Position numbers and translations under genes: made by a program. Under the pieces are notes generated by a model. The model worked only from the letters and a program-made list of their open reading frames with translations. It was not told where the DNA came from and searched no databases. From the NCBI GenBank assembly GCA_013239625.1, contig MU054338.1, positions 1,986,001 through 2,050,000 on the forward strand: a DNA stretch of 64,000 nucleotides, read 5' to 3'. Below are positions 44,205-55,199 of the stretch, piece by piece (positions within the stretch are counted from its first letter, which is position 1; the number at the start of each line of letters is the position of its first letter). Origin of the DNA: Lama guanicoe (lineage: Eukaryota).

Positions 44205-44725
44205 CCAAGAAGAATTGAAAGCAGGGTCTTGAAGAGATATTTGTTCACTCATGTTCATGGCAGCATGATTCACGGTAGTCAAGAGGTAGCAGCAACCCTA
44301 GTGTCCATCAAGAGGTGATGGACAAACAAACATGGTCCATCCACACAGAGGAGTAGTATTCAGCCTTAACGAGGAAGGAGATTCTGACACGCACTACAAC
44401 ATGGATGAACCCTGAGGACACCATGCTCAGTGAAAGAAGCCCATTACAGAAGGACAGATACTGTGTGATTCCATTCATGTGAGGTCCCTGGAGGAGTCAA
44501 ATCCACAGAGACAGGAAGTAGACGCTGGGGCCGGGGCTGGGGGAGGGGCTGGGGAGTGAGGGTTTCCTGGGGACAGAGCTGCAGTTTGGGAAGATGAGAA
44601 AGTCCTGGAGATGGTGGTGGGGATGGCTGCACAACACCGTGAATGTGCTTAATGCCACCGAGCTGTGCACTTAGACATGGTTAAAATGGTCATTTTCTGC
44701 CATATGTATTTTACCACAACTAAAA
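44205..44725 (+). mobile_element. L1MB-like LINE 3' end
   Basis: aagaattgaaagcagggtcttgaagagatatttg...ctacaacatggatgaaccctgaggac...atgtattttaccacaactaaaa. Confidence 0.8.
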
Positions 44726-45297
44726 GCAATTTTCAAAGCGGAGTATGATTTAAAACTCGCTCCCCCGTGGAGGCACTGGCTACCCAGCAGTAAGGGCTGC
44801 GCAGGGAAGCGAGTAAACGCTTGACTCGACTTTTATTTCGCCGCTCTCACGGCAACGAGTTAGTTCCTCAGTACCCACGAAAGATCACCAAGGAGAGCTT
44901 TTTCGCTGTGTGTCGCTGTGAGCCCGTGGATGTAACGTCTGGCGTGTCTCCATCCTCCGTGCGTGGCAGGGCTTCTTCCCTTACGCCGCGTTGTTCCGTC
45001 TTTGGCCAGTGGAAGCCCCCTCGGTTTGGCACCTCAGTCCTTTGGACGTGACCCAGTGGCCTTCAGAGCTCATAGTTCTGGCAAAAGCCAGCTGCTTTCC
45101 CAGCCCAGGCCTGGCCCTGCCCCTTCTGCCAGGAGCCCTGCTTCCTTCTGACGGGAGGGTTATTCAGAGAGCACACTCTGCCCACTGAGTTAGGAAACCC
45201 ACGTTTTCTTCCCTTACCTTCTACTTTGAAAATATCTTCAGACCTACAGAAATTGCCAGGTGATTACCACGAACCCCCACCTACCCTTCCTCTAGGT

Positions 45298-45500
45298 CAG
45301 GGGCAGCACACTACCCGCTCTCAGCCTGTTTTTGTAAATAAAGTTTTGTTGGCATGTGGCCACGCCCATTCATTTGCACATCAGTCCCGCCTTTGCTGGG
45401 ACAGCAGAGTCTAGTGGTTGTGACAGAGCCTGTCTGGCGCCCTCGGTGCCAAAAATATTCATGACTTGGCCCTTTGCAGAAAAAGTCTGCAGACCCCTGA
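45298..45500. mobile_element. MER58A-like DNA transposon relic
   Basis: gcctgtttttgtaaataaagttttgttggcatgtggccacgcccattcattt...ggccctttgcagaaaaagtctgcagaccc. Confidence 0.75.
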
Positions 45501-47356
45501 GCTAGATCGGCCCACGACTCACCCTTTGCCGTATGTATTTCTCTATAAAAGTATTTTAGATATTCCATAAAAATATACACATTTCTATTCTTTTTCTTAA
45601 TTTTGCTAAATAATTTGAGAGTAAGTTGACGACATCATGTACCTTTACTCCAAAAAACCATGTAGTTCCTGCAAACACCTGTTATATAACCAGAGGGTGA
45701 TGGTCAAATTCAGGGGATCAAACACAGATACAATAATTGTACCTAATGTCCAGCCCACGTGAAAATTTACCCAGTTGTCTCAATATTGTCTTTTATAGCA
45801 ACCCCTCCACCTCCCTGGCCCCCTCCCCTTCCCCAAAGCTGTATCCAGTCAGGGGTCACTCACTGCACAGAGTTTCACGCATCTCCACTCTGCTTTCTTC
45901 CGAGACAGCCTGAGGCTTGCTTTTTTTTTTTTTTTTTTTTTATCTTATCTCCTTTTATGACCTTGACTCTTTCGAAGAAACCAGGCCAATTATTCTGTGA
46001 GCTGTCCCTCAGCATGGTTCCCATGATCGGAGGCAGGCTGTCCATGTCTGGCAGGAGTGGCCTGGAAGCGGCGTGTCCCCTAGTGCTTCACACCAGGAGG
46101 CCCACGAAGCCCCCCTCCCCCCCCAGTGTGCTCACTTGGGTGGCCTGGCTAAGATGCTGCTCGCCAGGTCTCTCAGGAAGGCACTTCCCCTCTGTAACTG
46201 AGAAGTCACCTGCAGGAAGGCACCCTGAGATTCTGTAAATGTCCTTCTCCCCGTCAGACCTCCACCCGGTCACTTCAGCGTCCACCGTCGGACCTCGCTT
46301 GGGCCACTTATTGCTGGGCCACTTAGTGCTGATTTTTCTAACTCTGCTATTGAGTCAATGACTGGGATCAGAATTGCTGGATAACACAGAAAAATCATTT
46401 CCCCCCAATTGTTTCTTATTGTGGTAAAATACATGTAACATAAAAAGCACTCTGTTGAGTGTGCCTTTCAGAGGTAGGACTGAATACATTCATCCGGTCT
46501 GCAACCATCCCCACCATCCACCTGCAGAACTCTTTTCATCCCGTAAAATGGAAGCTCTGTCCTCAGTAAACACTAACTCTTCCCCTGGCACCCGCCACCC
46601 AACTTTCTGTCTGTACGACTTTGAGCTCATTCATTTTTGACGCTCATTGTCCCAGGTTTGGCCAGCCTGTGTCTCTCCGATGGGTCCCATGCTCCTTGGA
46701 GCCCTTCCTTACTCTCTGGTGCACTAAGGTGTTCCAGGCACTTCTTGTAATCCACCTGCCTACTCCTGGAATCAGACATTTCTCCCCAGAGCCCTGAACC
46801 CCCCTACTGTTTTTGAGAGGGTGATACTTAGAAACCAAGATCTGGGCACTCGATGGGCTCATTCCTATTGGGCTGTCTCAAGAACAAGACGACCCAGTTT
46901 GGTTGTTTAAATCACAAGTACATGCTGACGCTGACAATCTCATTCCATCGCTGTGGGATTCTTTCCTATATTCTGCCTTTTTCATCTTTGCAACTTCTTT
47001 CTCCCCCGAAGACCCGATTCCTAATAATATAAACACACTTGCTACTTCACTTAGTCCCACAGTACACACGATAGTTTCAGAATCACTACACCCCTGCCAC
47101 TCCCAAAAACAAATGTACTGAATCAAGTTTAAAATTATTTTGCAGTTCCCTGTGTCTCTAGAGTGAGTACTGTGTCCAAAATTTGCATCATGTTTTTTCC
47201 TATTTCTGTGTGGTTATGATTTTCATTTGAAATACAGTTCAGTTCATGTTTTCCATTTATATTCCATCTTAAAGCTTTTTTTCCCCCTCCATCTTTGTTG
47301 GTTTAATTTTTTGTTGAATATAGAAGGCATTAACAGTCTAAAAACCATACAAAGAG

Positions 47357-47431
47357 GAAGGCACTGGGGATTACACCCAGGACCTCAGGCATGCCAAGCA
47401 CATGCTGTACCACTGAGCTACACCCCCTCCC
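47357..47431 (-). mobile_element. tRNA-Ala-derived SINE (Vic-1-like), diverged
   Basis: ggcactggggattacacccaggacctcaggcatgccaagcacatgctgtaccactgagctacacccc. Confidence 0.7.
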
Positions 47432-47917
47432 TTCTTCATTTTTTTATTATACAAAAGATAACATACTATATATGTTTTGTATGTTTTGTACTTCCCCCTC
47501 AACTTAACAGTATGTCCTGGAACTCACTCCATCCCGTTCAGAGGTCACCCTCATTCTTTTTCAGGGCTGCATAATACTCCACCATGGGATGCAGCATAAT
47601 GCACCAGTCTCTCTCCTCTGTACAGACATCTGGGTTGCCTCTAATGTTTTGCATTTACAACCGATAATGGATAACCTTCTGGGTACTTAGACTTGCGTAT
47701 TTTTGAGCTGTGTCTTCAGGACAAACTTTTAGAGAGGTGGGCAGCTCTTCTGAGGATGGTGATAATCGTAAAATTAAAGGTATAATGCACATACGACCTT
47801 TCACTCAGGCAGCAGGTAATTTATGGCAGGTCACTGTTGGGCAGCTTGGCCTCAAATTAGTCAAACTCTGCTCTCTCTTAGCATTTCACTCTTGTTCTGA
47901 ATTTGCTCTCCTAGCCT

Positions 47918-47986
47918 GGGATCAGGGCTCAGTCCAGGGTCAGGACTCAGCCTAGGATCAGGGCTCAGCCCAGGGTCCAGGCTCAG
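47918..47986. repeat. About 18-bp tandem repeat x4
   Basis: ggatcagggctcagtcca / gggtcaggactcagccta / ggatcagggctcagccca / gggtccaggctcag. Confidence 0.7.
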
Positions 47987-48579
47987 AACACGCAGTGTGC
48001 CTCTCTGTCAATGTGCCCAGGTCGTGTGGTCCTCGGTGAGGCTGGGACTGGGGCCCGGTAGTCCTGTTGCACAGGGTAGTTCCTCACCTCCCCACCCCCG
48101 CATCACACCCCAGCTGCCTGCACAGTCCCTCCTGCCGCAGCTTCTCCCTTCAGATCCGTTTCTGCTTGGTCACCTCCAGTGACAAGATGCTGCTGCCTCG
48201 CAGGGCAGCCACTCCCTCCCAGCCTCCCTGTAGCTGTCCTGCTTCCAGTGAACCCAGGGAGGGGGTGCTGGTGCCTTCAGCCGCAGTATCCTGCCTGCCT
48301 GCCATTTACGGGGGATAACAGAGCCCTCAGATACCTGCGCCTTCCTTTTCAGACACTGATCAGGGCCGTGCCGCCCCCGCCCCCAACTCCCCAAGCATCA
48401 CTCCACACATTACCGGCCACTTTGTCTCCCCATGGAGGTGCCCGCACCTCGGTCCTCAGTCATCTCAGTGACTCAGGATGGCCGTGCAGTGGAGCTGGGG
48501 TGAGCTCCCCACTTCTCCGGTGAGCCTCTCGCCTCCAGAGGTGAGCTGCTGCCCTGGGTGGGGGTCCCGAGCAGCTCCC

Positions 48580-49250
48580 AGCAAGGCTGGCTCAGCGGCA
48601 GGAGACGCAACGGAAAACCCGGATGAGGAGGGTCGCGGCCCGGACACCCGGCGGAGCGTGGCCGCAGGTGGGGCGCCCCCCTCCCAGCTGTGTGTTCTTC
48701 CGCGGGGCCCGGCGTCGCCTCTCCAGGCCTCGGGTTCCCGCTCCGTGGAGCGGTTGGTCCTGGCCCTGGCGTGAGCGTAAAACAGGGCGCATCTGCACCA
48801 TCGGCGGGGGAGCTGGTGGTGCTCCCGTGTGCGCGGTCACTTGCCACACACTTATTAATCACCTGCTGCTTGCCAGGCGGGCTGGGAGCAGTCGGGGAGC
48901 CAGTGATGGAACCGCGGGTCGTAGCTCGTGGGGGCGGGGGAGATGTCCACGGGGAGCCTGCTTCCCCTTCTCTCGGGGGCCCCACCCGCAGTGGGCTTTC
49001 GAGGACCGGAAGGGGGCAGAGACGGGGTCGCGCCGCCAGTGCGGGGTGCGCCGCAGCGCCCTCCAGGAGCCGGTGGCAGCCGACCGTTGGGACGGGTGCC
49101 CCTCCCCGTGCCGGCCTCACCCCCACCCGGGGGGTACCTTGAACATAACAGGAAATTTCAAATAACAGGAAACCAAGAGCGGGCAGGCGAGTGGCTCCAC
49201 CCTGCCTGGGGCGAGCCGCCCCGGGCCTCAGTCTGCCCCGGGGACCGCCA
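48580..49250. promoter_or_regulatory. CpG-rich promoter region of S1PR4
   Basis: CpG-dense upstream region with a GC box and tandem ATAACAGGAAA motifs. Confidence 0.65.
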
Positions 49251-50407
49251 TGAACGCCACGGGGGCCCCGGCCGCGGCCCCCGAGTCCTGCCAGGAGCTG
49301 GCGGCCGGCGGCCACAGCCGGCTCCTCGTGCTGCACTACAACCACTCGGGCCGGCTGGCGGGCCGCGCCGGGCCGGACGACGGCGGCCTGGGGCTGCTGC
49401 GCGGGCTCTTCGTGGCCGTGAGCTGCCTGGTGGTGCTGGAGAACCTGCTGGTGCTGGTGGCCATCGTGAGCCGCATGCGCTCCCGGCGCTGGGTCTACTA
49501 CTGCCTGGTCAACATCACGCTCAGCGACCTGCTCACGGGCGCCGCGTACCTGGCCAACGTCCTGCTGTCGGGGGCGCACACCTTCCGCCTGGCGCCCGCC
49601 CAGTGGTTCCTGCGCGAGGGCCTCCTCTTCATGGCGCTGGCCGCCTCCACCTTCAGCCTACTCTTCACGGCCGGCGAGCGCTTCGCCACCATGGTGCGGC
49701 CGGTGGCCGAGAGCGGGGCCACCAAGACCGGCCGCGTGTGCAGCTTCATCGGGCTCTGCTGGCTGCTGGCCGCACTGCTGGGCCTGCTGCCCCTGCTCGG
49801 CTGGAACTGCGTGTGCGCCTTCCAGCACTGCTCCAGCCTGCTGCCGCTCTACTCCAAGGGCTACATCCTCTTCTGCGTGGTCGTCTTCGCCTGCATCCTG
49901 GCCACCATCATGCTGCTCTACGGGGCCATCTTCCGGGTGGTGCGGGCCAACGGGCAGAAGGCCCCGCGCTCCCCGGCCCGCCGCAAGGCCCGCCGGCTGC
50001 TCAAGACGGTGCTCATGATCCTGGTGGCCTTCGTGGTGTGCTGGGGCCCCCTCTTCGGCCTGCTGCTGGCCGACATCTTTGGCTCCAACGTCTGGGCGCA
50101 GGAGTACCTGCGGGGCATGGACTGGATCCTGACGCTGGCTGTGCTCAACTCTGCCGTCAACCCGCTCATTTACTCCTTCCGCAGCCGGGAGGTGTGCCGG
50201 GCAGTGCTGGGCTTCCTCTGCTGCGCATGTCTCCGGCTGGGCCTGCGAGGGCCCGGGGACTGCCTGGCCCGGGCCGCCGAGGCCCACTCCGGGGCCTCCA
50301 CCACGGACAGTTCGTTGAGGCCGAGGGACAGCTTTCGGGGCTCGCGGTCACACAGCTTCCGGATGCGGGAGCCCCTGTCCAGCATCTCCAGTGTGCGGAG
50401 CGTCTGA
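49250..50407 (+). CDS. S1PR4: Sphingosine-1-phosphate receptor 4 (EDG6), 385 aa class A GPCR with an intronless CDS
   Basis: gccATGA start; MNATG...LHYNHSGRL N-terminus, seven hydrophobic segments, LRE ligand-binding pair in TM3, GERF, CWGP, NPLIY; position between GNA15 and NCLN. Confidence 0.98.
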   Translation: MNATGAPAAAPESCQELAAGGHSRLLVLHYNHSGRLAGRAGPDDGGLGLLRGLFVAVSCLVVLENLLVLVAIVSRMRSRRWVYYCLVNITLSDLLTGAAYLANVLLSGAHTFRLAPAQWFLREGLLFMALAASTFSLLFTAGERFATMVRPVAESGATKTGRVCSFIGLCWLLAALLGLLPLLGWNCVCAFQHCSSLLPLYSKGYILFCVVVFACILATIMLLYGAIFRVVRANGQKAPRSPARRKARRLLKTVLMILVAFVVCWGPLFGLLLADIFGSNVWAQEYLRGMDWILTLAVLNSAVNPLIYSFRSREVCRAVLGFLCCACLRLGLRGPGDCLARAAEAHSGASTTDSSLRPRDSFRGSRSHSFRMREPLSSISSVRSV

Positions 50408-51469
50408 GCCCATGGCTGGGGCGCTGGTCCAGACATCCAGGGCATGCCCACGCAGGCCCTCCGCCGCTGCTTGGGGAGCACGCAGGGATGCGGCAGGCGG
50501 GCCACAGGGAGAGGAAGGAACAGGGCAGTGGGGGGACGAGCGGTGGTTCTCCTCGAAGCCTCCTGGGGCTGCTGATGCCCAGTGGGCTTCCCAAAGTCTT
50601 GTTGGAGCAGGAGGCAACTGCTCATTGGAACAGAGATCGCCTTGGGATGGGGACGAATGGGTTTGCTGTGTGCGCTGCCCCCACCCACCCCGCCGTGTGG
50701 TTCTGGGGAAGCACCAGTCCCTCTCTGGGCCTCAGTGGGGCTCCCAGGCTGTGAGGGGGGAACTGCGGGGTGGATGCCCGAGCAACACCGAAGTTCAAAG
50801 GTGGGACGAGGTGTCTCAGCCTCCCCCTATTCACATGTGCATCAGGGTGATGGCGTGAGGGCTGTGGGTCAGCTGGAGCTGTGCTGGGGCAGGGGAGGAC
50901 CGTGAGTCTGTGCTGGGGGGGTGTGGTTGTGAGGGCACTGATGGAGTATGGGTGAGAGAAGGAGAGGCTGAGGGCAGGACAAGTTGTGCCTGTAAGCTTG
51001 TGCCAGTGTGTCTGCGTGTGCACAGACATCCTGGCATGTGGCAGGCCTCTTGAGCATGTGCACACGTGTGTGTGACTGATCCACTCTGTTGAAGGTGTGT
51101 GTGAGAGTTTCCAGGCTGCCGGGAAAGTGAGGGCGGGGCGCCCAGTGACATTGACACCCTCCCCTTCTCGCTCACTTCCCCTTTCCCTGTCCTGTCTCTC
51201 ATCTTGGGTCCTGGGTGGCCTCCTTCCCCCACCTATGGCCTCTGCATCTTTGGGGACACAGCCTGGGGGTCAGCAGAGGGGACTAGCCTAGCCCTCTCAG
51301 CCCCAGGGACTCTCACCCACTCCTCTATAGAGTTCCCTTTAGCACTAACAGCCTTGACCTTCCCCATCTTTAAAATGGGCTGATAGCATACGGAACACAC
51401 CAGAGGAGGCTGTCAGTGCATGCTCAGTGCTTTTGCCACAGTGCGTCGTGTCCATGTGTCTGACAAGAC

Positions 51470-51635
51470 ATTTGGCGATGGTGGAAATGTTTTACATCTG
51501 TGCTGCCCAGCCTGGGAACCCCACGTGGCTACTGAGCCCTTGATAAGCATCCAGTGCTACTGAAAAACTGAACTTGGATTTTGTTCGCATTTAAACAGTC
51601 CATGGGAGTGGCGGCAACAGTATGGGATAGCAGAG
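51470..51635. mobile_element. MER3-like hAT relic
   Basis: cacgtggctactgagcccttga...gtgctactgaaaaactgaactt. Confidence 0.55.
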
Positions 51636-51824
51636 ATGCACCCCCTGCACACAGCTACGTCGGCGGGAAGACAGTTCTTCCTCTCCATCCTCCCAGCCAA
51701 GGCAGTGCCTGCAGGTCTTTCTGTCTCCATCTTGCCAAGTTCCTGGGGCAGCATCCTGTCTGCCACCCTGGATGGGACAGCTCTGTTCTGAGCCTCCGTT
51801 TCTCCCCTGCAGGTTAGGGGATGC

Positions 51825-52510
51825 GGCGATGGGAAACCATCTTCTGTGCTGTTCAATAAAGCAGCCATTAGCCACATGTGGCTACTTAAAATTAATTAAA
51901 AAGAAATATAAAACTTCTGTTTCTCAGTGTATTCCTTGGAGCTGCTGTAACAAAGGGTCACAGCCGGGGGAGGCGGGGGGGGGCTTGAATGAGAGAAATT
52001 TATCCTCTCGTTGTTCTGGAGACTGGAAGTCTGAGGTCAGGTGCTTGCAGGGTTGGTTCCTTCCGAGGCCACGGGGTAGACTGCTGGGGGGCTGTCTCCT
52101 AGATTCTGGTGGTTTGCTGGCAAACTTTGGCATCTCTTGGTTTGTTGATGCATTGCTCTGATCTCTGCCTCCATCTTCACATGGGCTCTCCCTGCGTGCA
52201 TGTCCGTGTCCAAATTTTCCCTTTTTATAAGGACACCAGTCCTGTTGGATTAGTGCCACCCTATTCCAGTGTGACCTAATTAAATTCACCTGTAAAAATC
52301 CTAGTTCCAAATAAGGCCCTATTCTGAGGCCCCGGGATTAGGAGTCCCAGGTATGAATTTGTGGGGAGACACCACTCAGCCTGTAACCCTGGGCCGCACT
52401 AGCTACATTTCAAGTGCTCCGTGGGACACGTGGCCTGTGGCTCCTGTGGGGGGTGGTGCAGACCTAGAACATCGCCGTCATCACGGAAGGTTCTGCTGGA
52501 CAGACAGGGC
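51825..52510. mobile_element. MER33-like element split by an MLT1 LTR (about 51927-52389)
   Basis: Left half gcagccattagccacatgtggctacttaaaattaatt; right half gcactagctacatttcaagtgctc...tagaacatcgccgtcatcacggaaggttctgctggacag; MLT1 motifs between. Confidence 0.7.
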
Positions 52511-53379
52511 TGGAAAAAGCTCCAAGCCTGTATCAAGTGCGCCAGAAGCTGGGCTACTTCGCACACTTCCCTGATTCCTGGTCCACGTGTTTATCTGGGA
52601 CAGCAGCAGGCAGGGTGGGGCCTTGGTGGAATTTGGGGTGCATGGAGCCTGAGCTACCTTGAAGCTCTCAGCCTGCATCCTGGGCCTGCCCAGGTTTCCC
52701 TCTGCCTTGTGGGGTGTCACACTTTGCTTTGACTGAGCTGGACTATTTCTTGCACCCTCCTCTGGAGCCTTTGCACTTGTCTTTTTTGTTTCCACTCGAG
52801 TAGCCTGACCGGCACAAGCCCTGCTCATCCTTTGGGTCGCAGCTTTAGCATCACCTCCTCCAGGAAGTCTCCCTGATTTCTCCCCCCCCCCAGCCCTCTT
52901 CCAGGCTCCCGCAGCTGCCTGTGCATCCCCATCATAGCTCTGGCTGCCTCTGGCCACACACGTATCCTCTCCCCTGGACTTTGAGCTCCATGAGGGTGGA
53001 GATAGCAACCAAGTCAGGGTCACTGTGGTGTCCCCGGCACCCAGCACAGGGCCCAGCAGACAGTAGGTGCCCCATGGCCTGGAGCTCTGGGAGAACCGAA
53101 CGCAGCAGCCTGCCTTCCACTGAGCCTCGGAAACCTCTTTCCCTCCTTATTCCCCACCCCTGCCCTCCTCCCTGGCTGTGGGGGAACCATCCCCAGAATC
53201 CTGACTTCTGCTCTTAGGTGGCCCAGGTGTCTGTCTCCCATTACTGTTCCCCAGCTCTGCAGGGGAAGCACCATGGGCTTCAGTTTCATCATCTGTAAAA
53301 TTAGGATATTGATATCCCCTGTTCTTGTGGGATGTTGATAAGACAAGGAATATGAAGGCCTTCAAACTATGATATGTAT

Positions 53380-53491
53380 TTTTTTTAATTTACTAATTTG
53401 TCTGTCCCTTGATGGAGGAACTAGGGATTGAACCCAGGACCTTGTGCATTCCAGGCATGTGTTTTACCATTGAGCTATACCCCCAACCCCC
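53380..53491 (-). mobile_element. tRNA-Ala-derived SINE (Vic-1-like)
   Basis: gggattgaacccaggaccttgtgcat...ccattgagctatacccc preceded by a T-rich tail. Confidence 0.75.
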
Positions 53492-53509
53492 AAATGTGTA
53501 TGTTTGTAA

Positions 53510-53750
53510 ATGAATAATAACAACAAAGTCTTGTATATCACTCAGTGGTATTCTAATCACCTTTGTATTAACTCATTTAATCCTTGCAAAACCTCCAGGA
53601 GGCGGATATCATCATTAACTCCATTTTAACAGATGGCGAAACTGAGGCCCAGAGAGGTTAGGTAACTGCCACAAAGTCACACAGCTGGAAAGAGGCAGAG
53701 CTGGGATACAAGCCCAGATGGTTGACTTCTTGATCCCTGCTTGTTACTGC
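53510..53750 (-). mobile_element. MIR SINE
   Basis: ccattttaacagatggcgaaactgaggcccagagaggttaggtaactgccacaaagtcacacagc. Confidence 0.8.
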
Positions 53751-53756
53751 CTCTTT

Positions 53757-53787
53757 GATGAATGAATGAATGAATGAATGAATGAAT
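53757..53787. repeat. (TGAA)n microsatellite
   Basis: gatgaatgaatgaatgaatgaatgaatgaat. Confidence 0.9.
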
Positions 53788-53892
53788 ACCAGTCCTTTCC
53801 CTCCTTGGAAAACTCAGAGCAAATGTTTCCTTTCATTTTGGGTTGCCCAAGGTTTCATCTCCACAAAATGGGACTAGTTGAACCTCCCCATT

Positions 53893-53990
53893 AAAAATAT
53901 TTTTTTTTCTAATGGAGGTACTGGGGATTGAACCCAGGACCTCATGCATACTAAGCAGGTGCTTTCCCATTGAGCTATACTCCCACCCCC
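53893..53990 (-). mobile_element. tRNA-Ala-derived SINE (Vic-1-like) with perfect 14-bp TSD
   Basis: TSD tgaacctccccatt at 53879-53892 and 53991-54004. Confidence 0.85.
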
Positions 53991-54584
53991 TGAACCTCCC
54001 CATTTTACAGACAGAAAAACCAAGGCTCAGGAGAGGAGGTGGCATGTGCAGCCCGAAGGTCTAAGTCTCATTATCTGAGCCAAATTCAGGCCCCTTTCTA
54101 GGTCTGTCTCAGGGTGAATGTGTGTGTGTCCTGCCTGTTCATAACCTGGCCTGGAAGAATGGGGGTTGATGATGAAGATCACGGGCCAGAATGCGTTCTT
54201 CTCCCACTCCCTGCCCTGCCAGGCCACTCCTGACTCCTCGTGCCCAGGACCTCCCTGGAGAGGCCTGGGGACGGCGGGAAGCAGGGGACACAGCTGCGAG
54301 GGATGGGCTGGCTCACTCATTCACTTAACCATTGTGTGTCAGGCTCTATTCTGGGTACTGGGGTTCCAGCTACAAACAACCTGGTGCCTGCCCACATAAA
54401 GATCACCATCTGGTGGGGGTGACAAACATCAAAAGAAGAAGTGCCCAGCATCATTTCAGTAAGGAGTCAGCCATGCAGAAAGCTGAGGAGGTGGGAGCTG
54501 TGGGGAGTGTTCCTCTAAACAGCAGAGGCACTATCTCTGAGATTGCACAAGCTTGGTGCGCACTTTTTTTTCTTGGTGCGTTTC

Positions 54585-54672
54585 TTTTTTTTTAAATGGA
54601 GGTACTGGGGATTGAACTCAAGACCTCATGCATGCTAAGCATGCACTCTACCACTGAGCTCTACCCTCCCCC
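54585..54672 (-). mobile_element. tRNA-Ala-derived SINE (Vic-1-like), near-intact
   Basis: Reverse complement GGGGGAGGGTAGAGCTCAGTGGTAGAGTGCATGCTTAGCATGCATGAGGTCTTGAGTTCAATCCCCAGTACCTCCATTTAAAA; TSD about tggtgcgtt(t)ctt. Confidence 0.85.
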
Positions 54673-54689
54673 TGGTGCGTTCTTATAAT

Positions 54690-54880
54690 ACCAACACTTA
54701 TTGAGCACCTCAGGTGTGCCTCTTTCTTCCCAGGTTACTTCACGTGGATTATCTGATTGAGGAAGAGTGTTTGATTATTTATCATCATATTTCACAGCTG
54801 AGGAAACTGAGGCTCAGAGAGGTGAGGCGACTTTCCCAGGATCACACAGCTGGGAAGAGGAGGAGCTGGAACTTGAACCT
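54690..54880 (-). mobile_element. MIR SINE
   Basis: tttcacagctgaggaaactgaggctcagagaggtgaggcgactttcccaggatcacacagc. Confidence 0.75.
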
Positions 54881-55064
54881 ATGCTTTTAATCAGAACATC
54901 TGCCAACTCCCACTTGCCCCAATTCTTTAGGCAATGGAATCAGAGCTTGGGGCCAGGGCCATTGTGCTCTGCACCCTGTGGTCTCAGTCTTTCCATCTGT
55001 ATGGAGGGTGTGAGTTAGTGATGCCCCTTAAAGCCCCGGCCCTGAAACAGTTGGGTTCTTAGGG

Positions 55065-55165
55065 GGAGCAGATTAGAAAATATAAATTGGAGACACCCAG
55101 TACAATTTGAATTTCTGTTGAACAACGAATAATTTTTTACTACGAGTAGGTCCCCAATATAAATA
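55065..55165. mobile_element. MER53-like DNA element fragment
   Basis: cacccagtacaatttgaatttctgttgaacaacgaataatttttta. Confidence 0.5.
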
Positions 55166-55199
55166 AGCATAAATATAAATAATTGTATCACCAGCTCCG

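Noticed and set aside
48928..50754. 608-aa alternative-frame ORF overlapping S1PR4, and antisense ORFs such as 48473-49579
   Set aside because: Low-complexity G/P/A/R-rich translation expected from stop-codon depletion in GC3-rich coding DNA; it starts upstream of the likely TSS and has no recognisable domain.
54598..54672. Apparent tRNA-Ala(AGC) gene on the minus strand
   Set aside because: A-rich tail, TSDs, stem mismatches and five diverged siblings identify it as a SINE.
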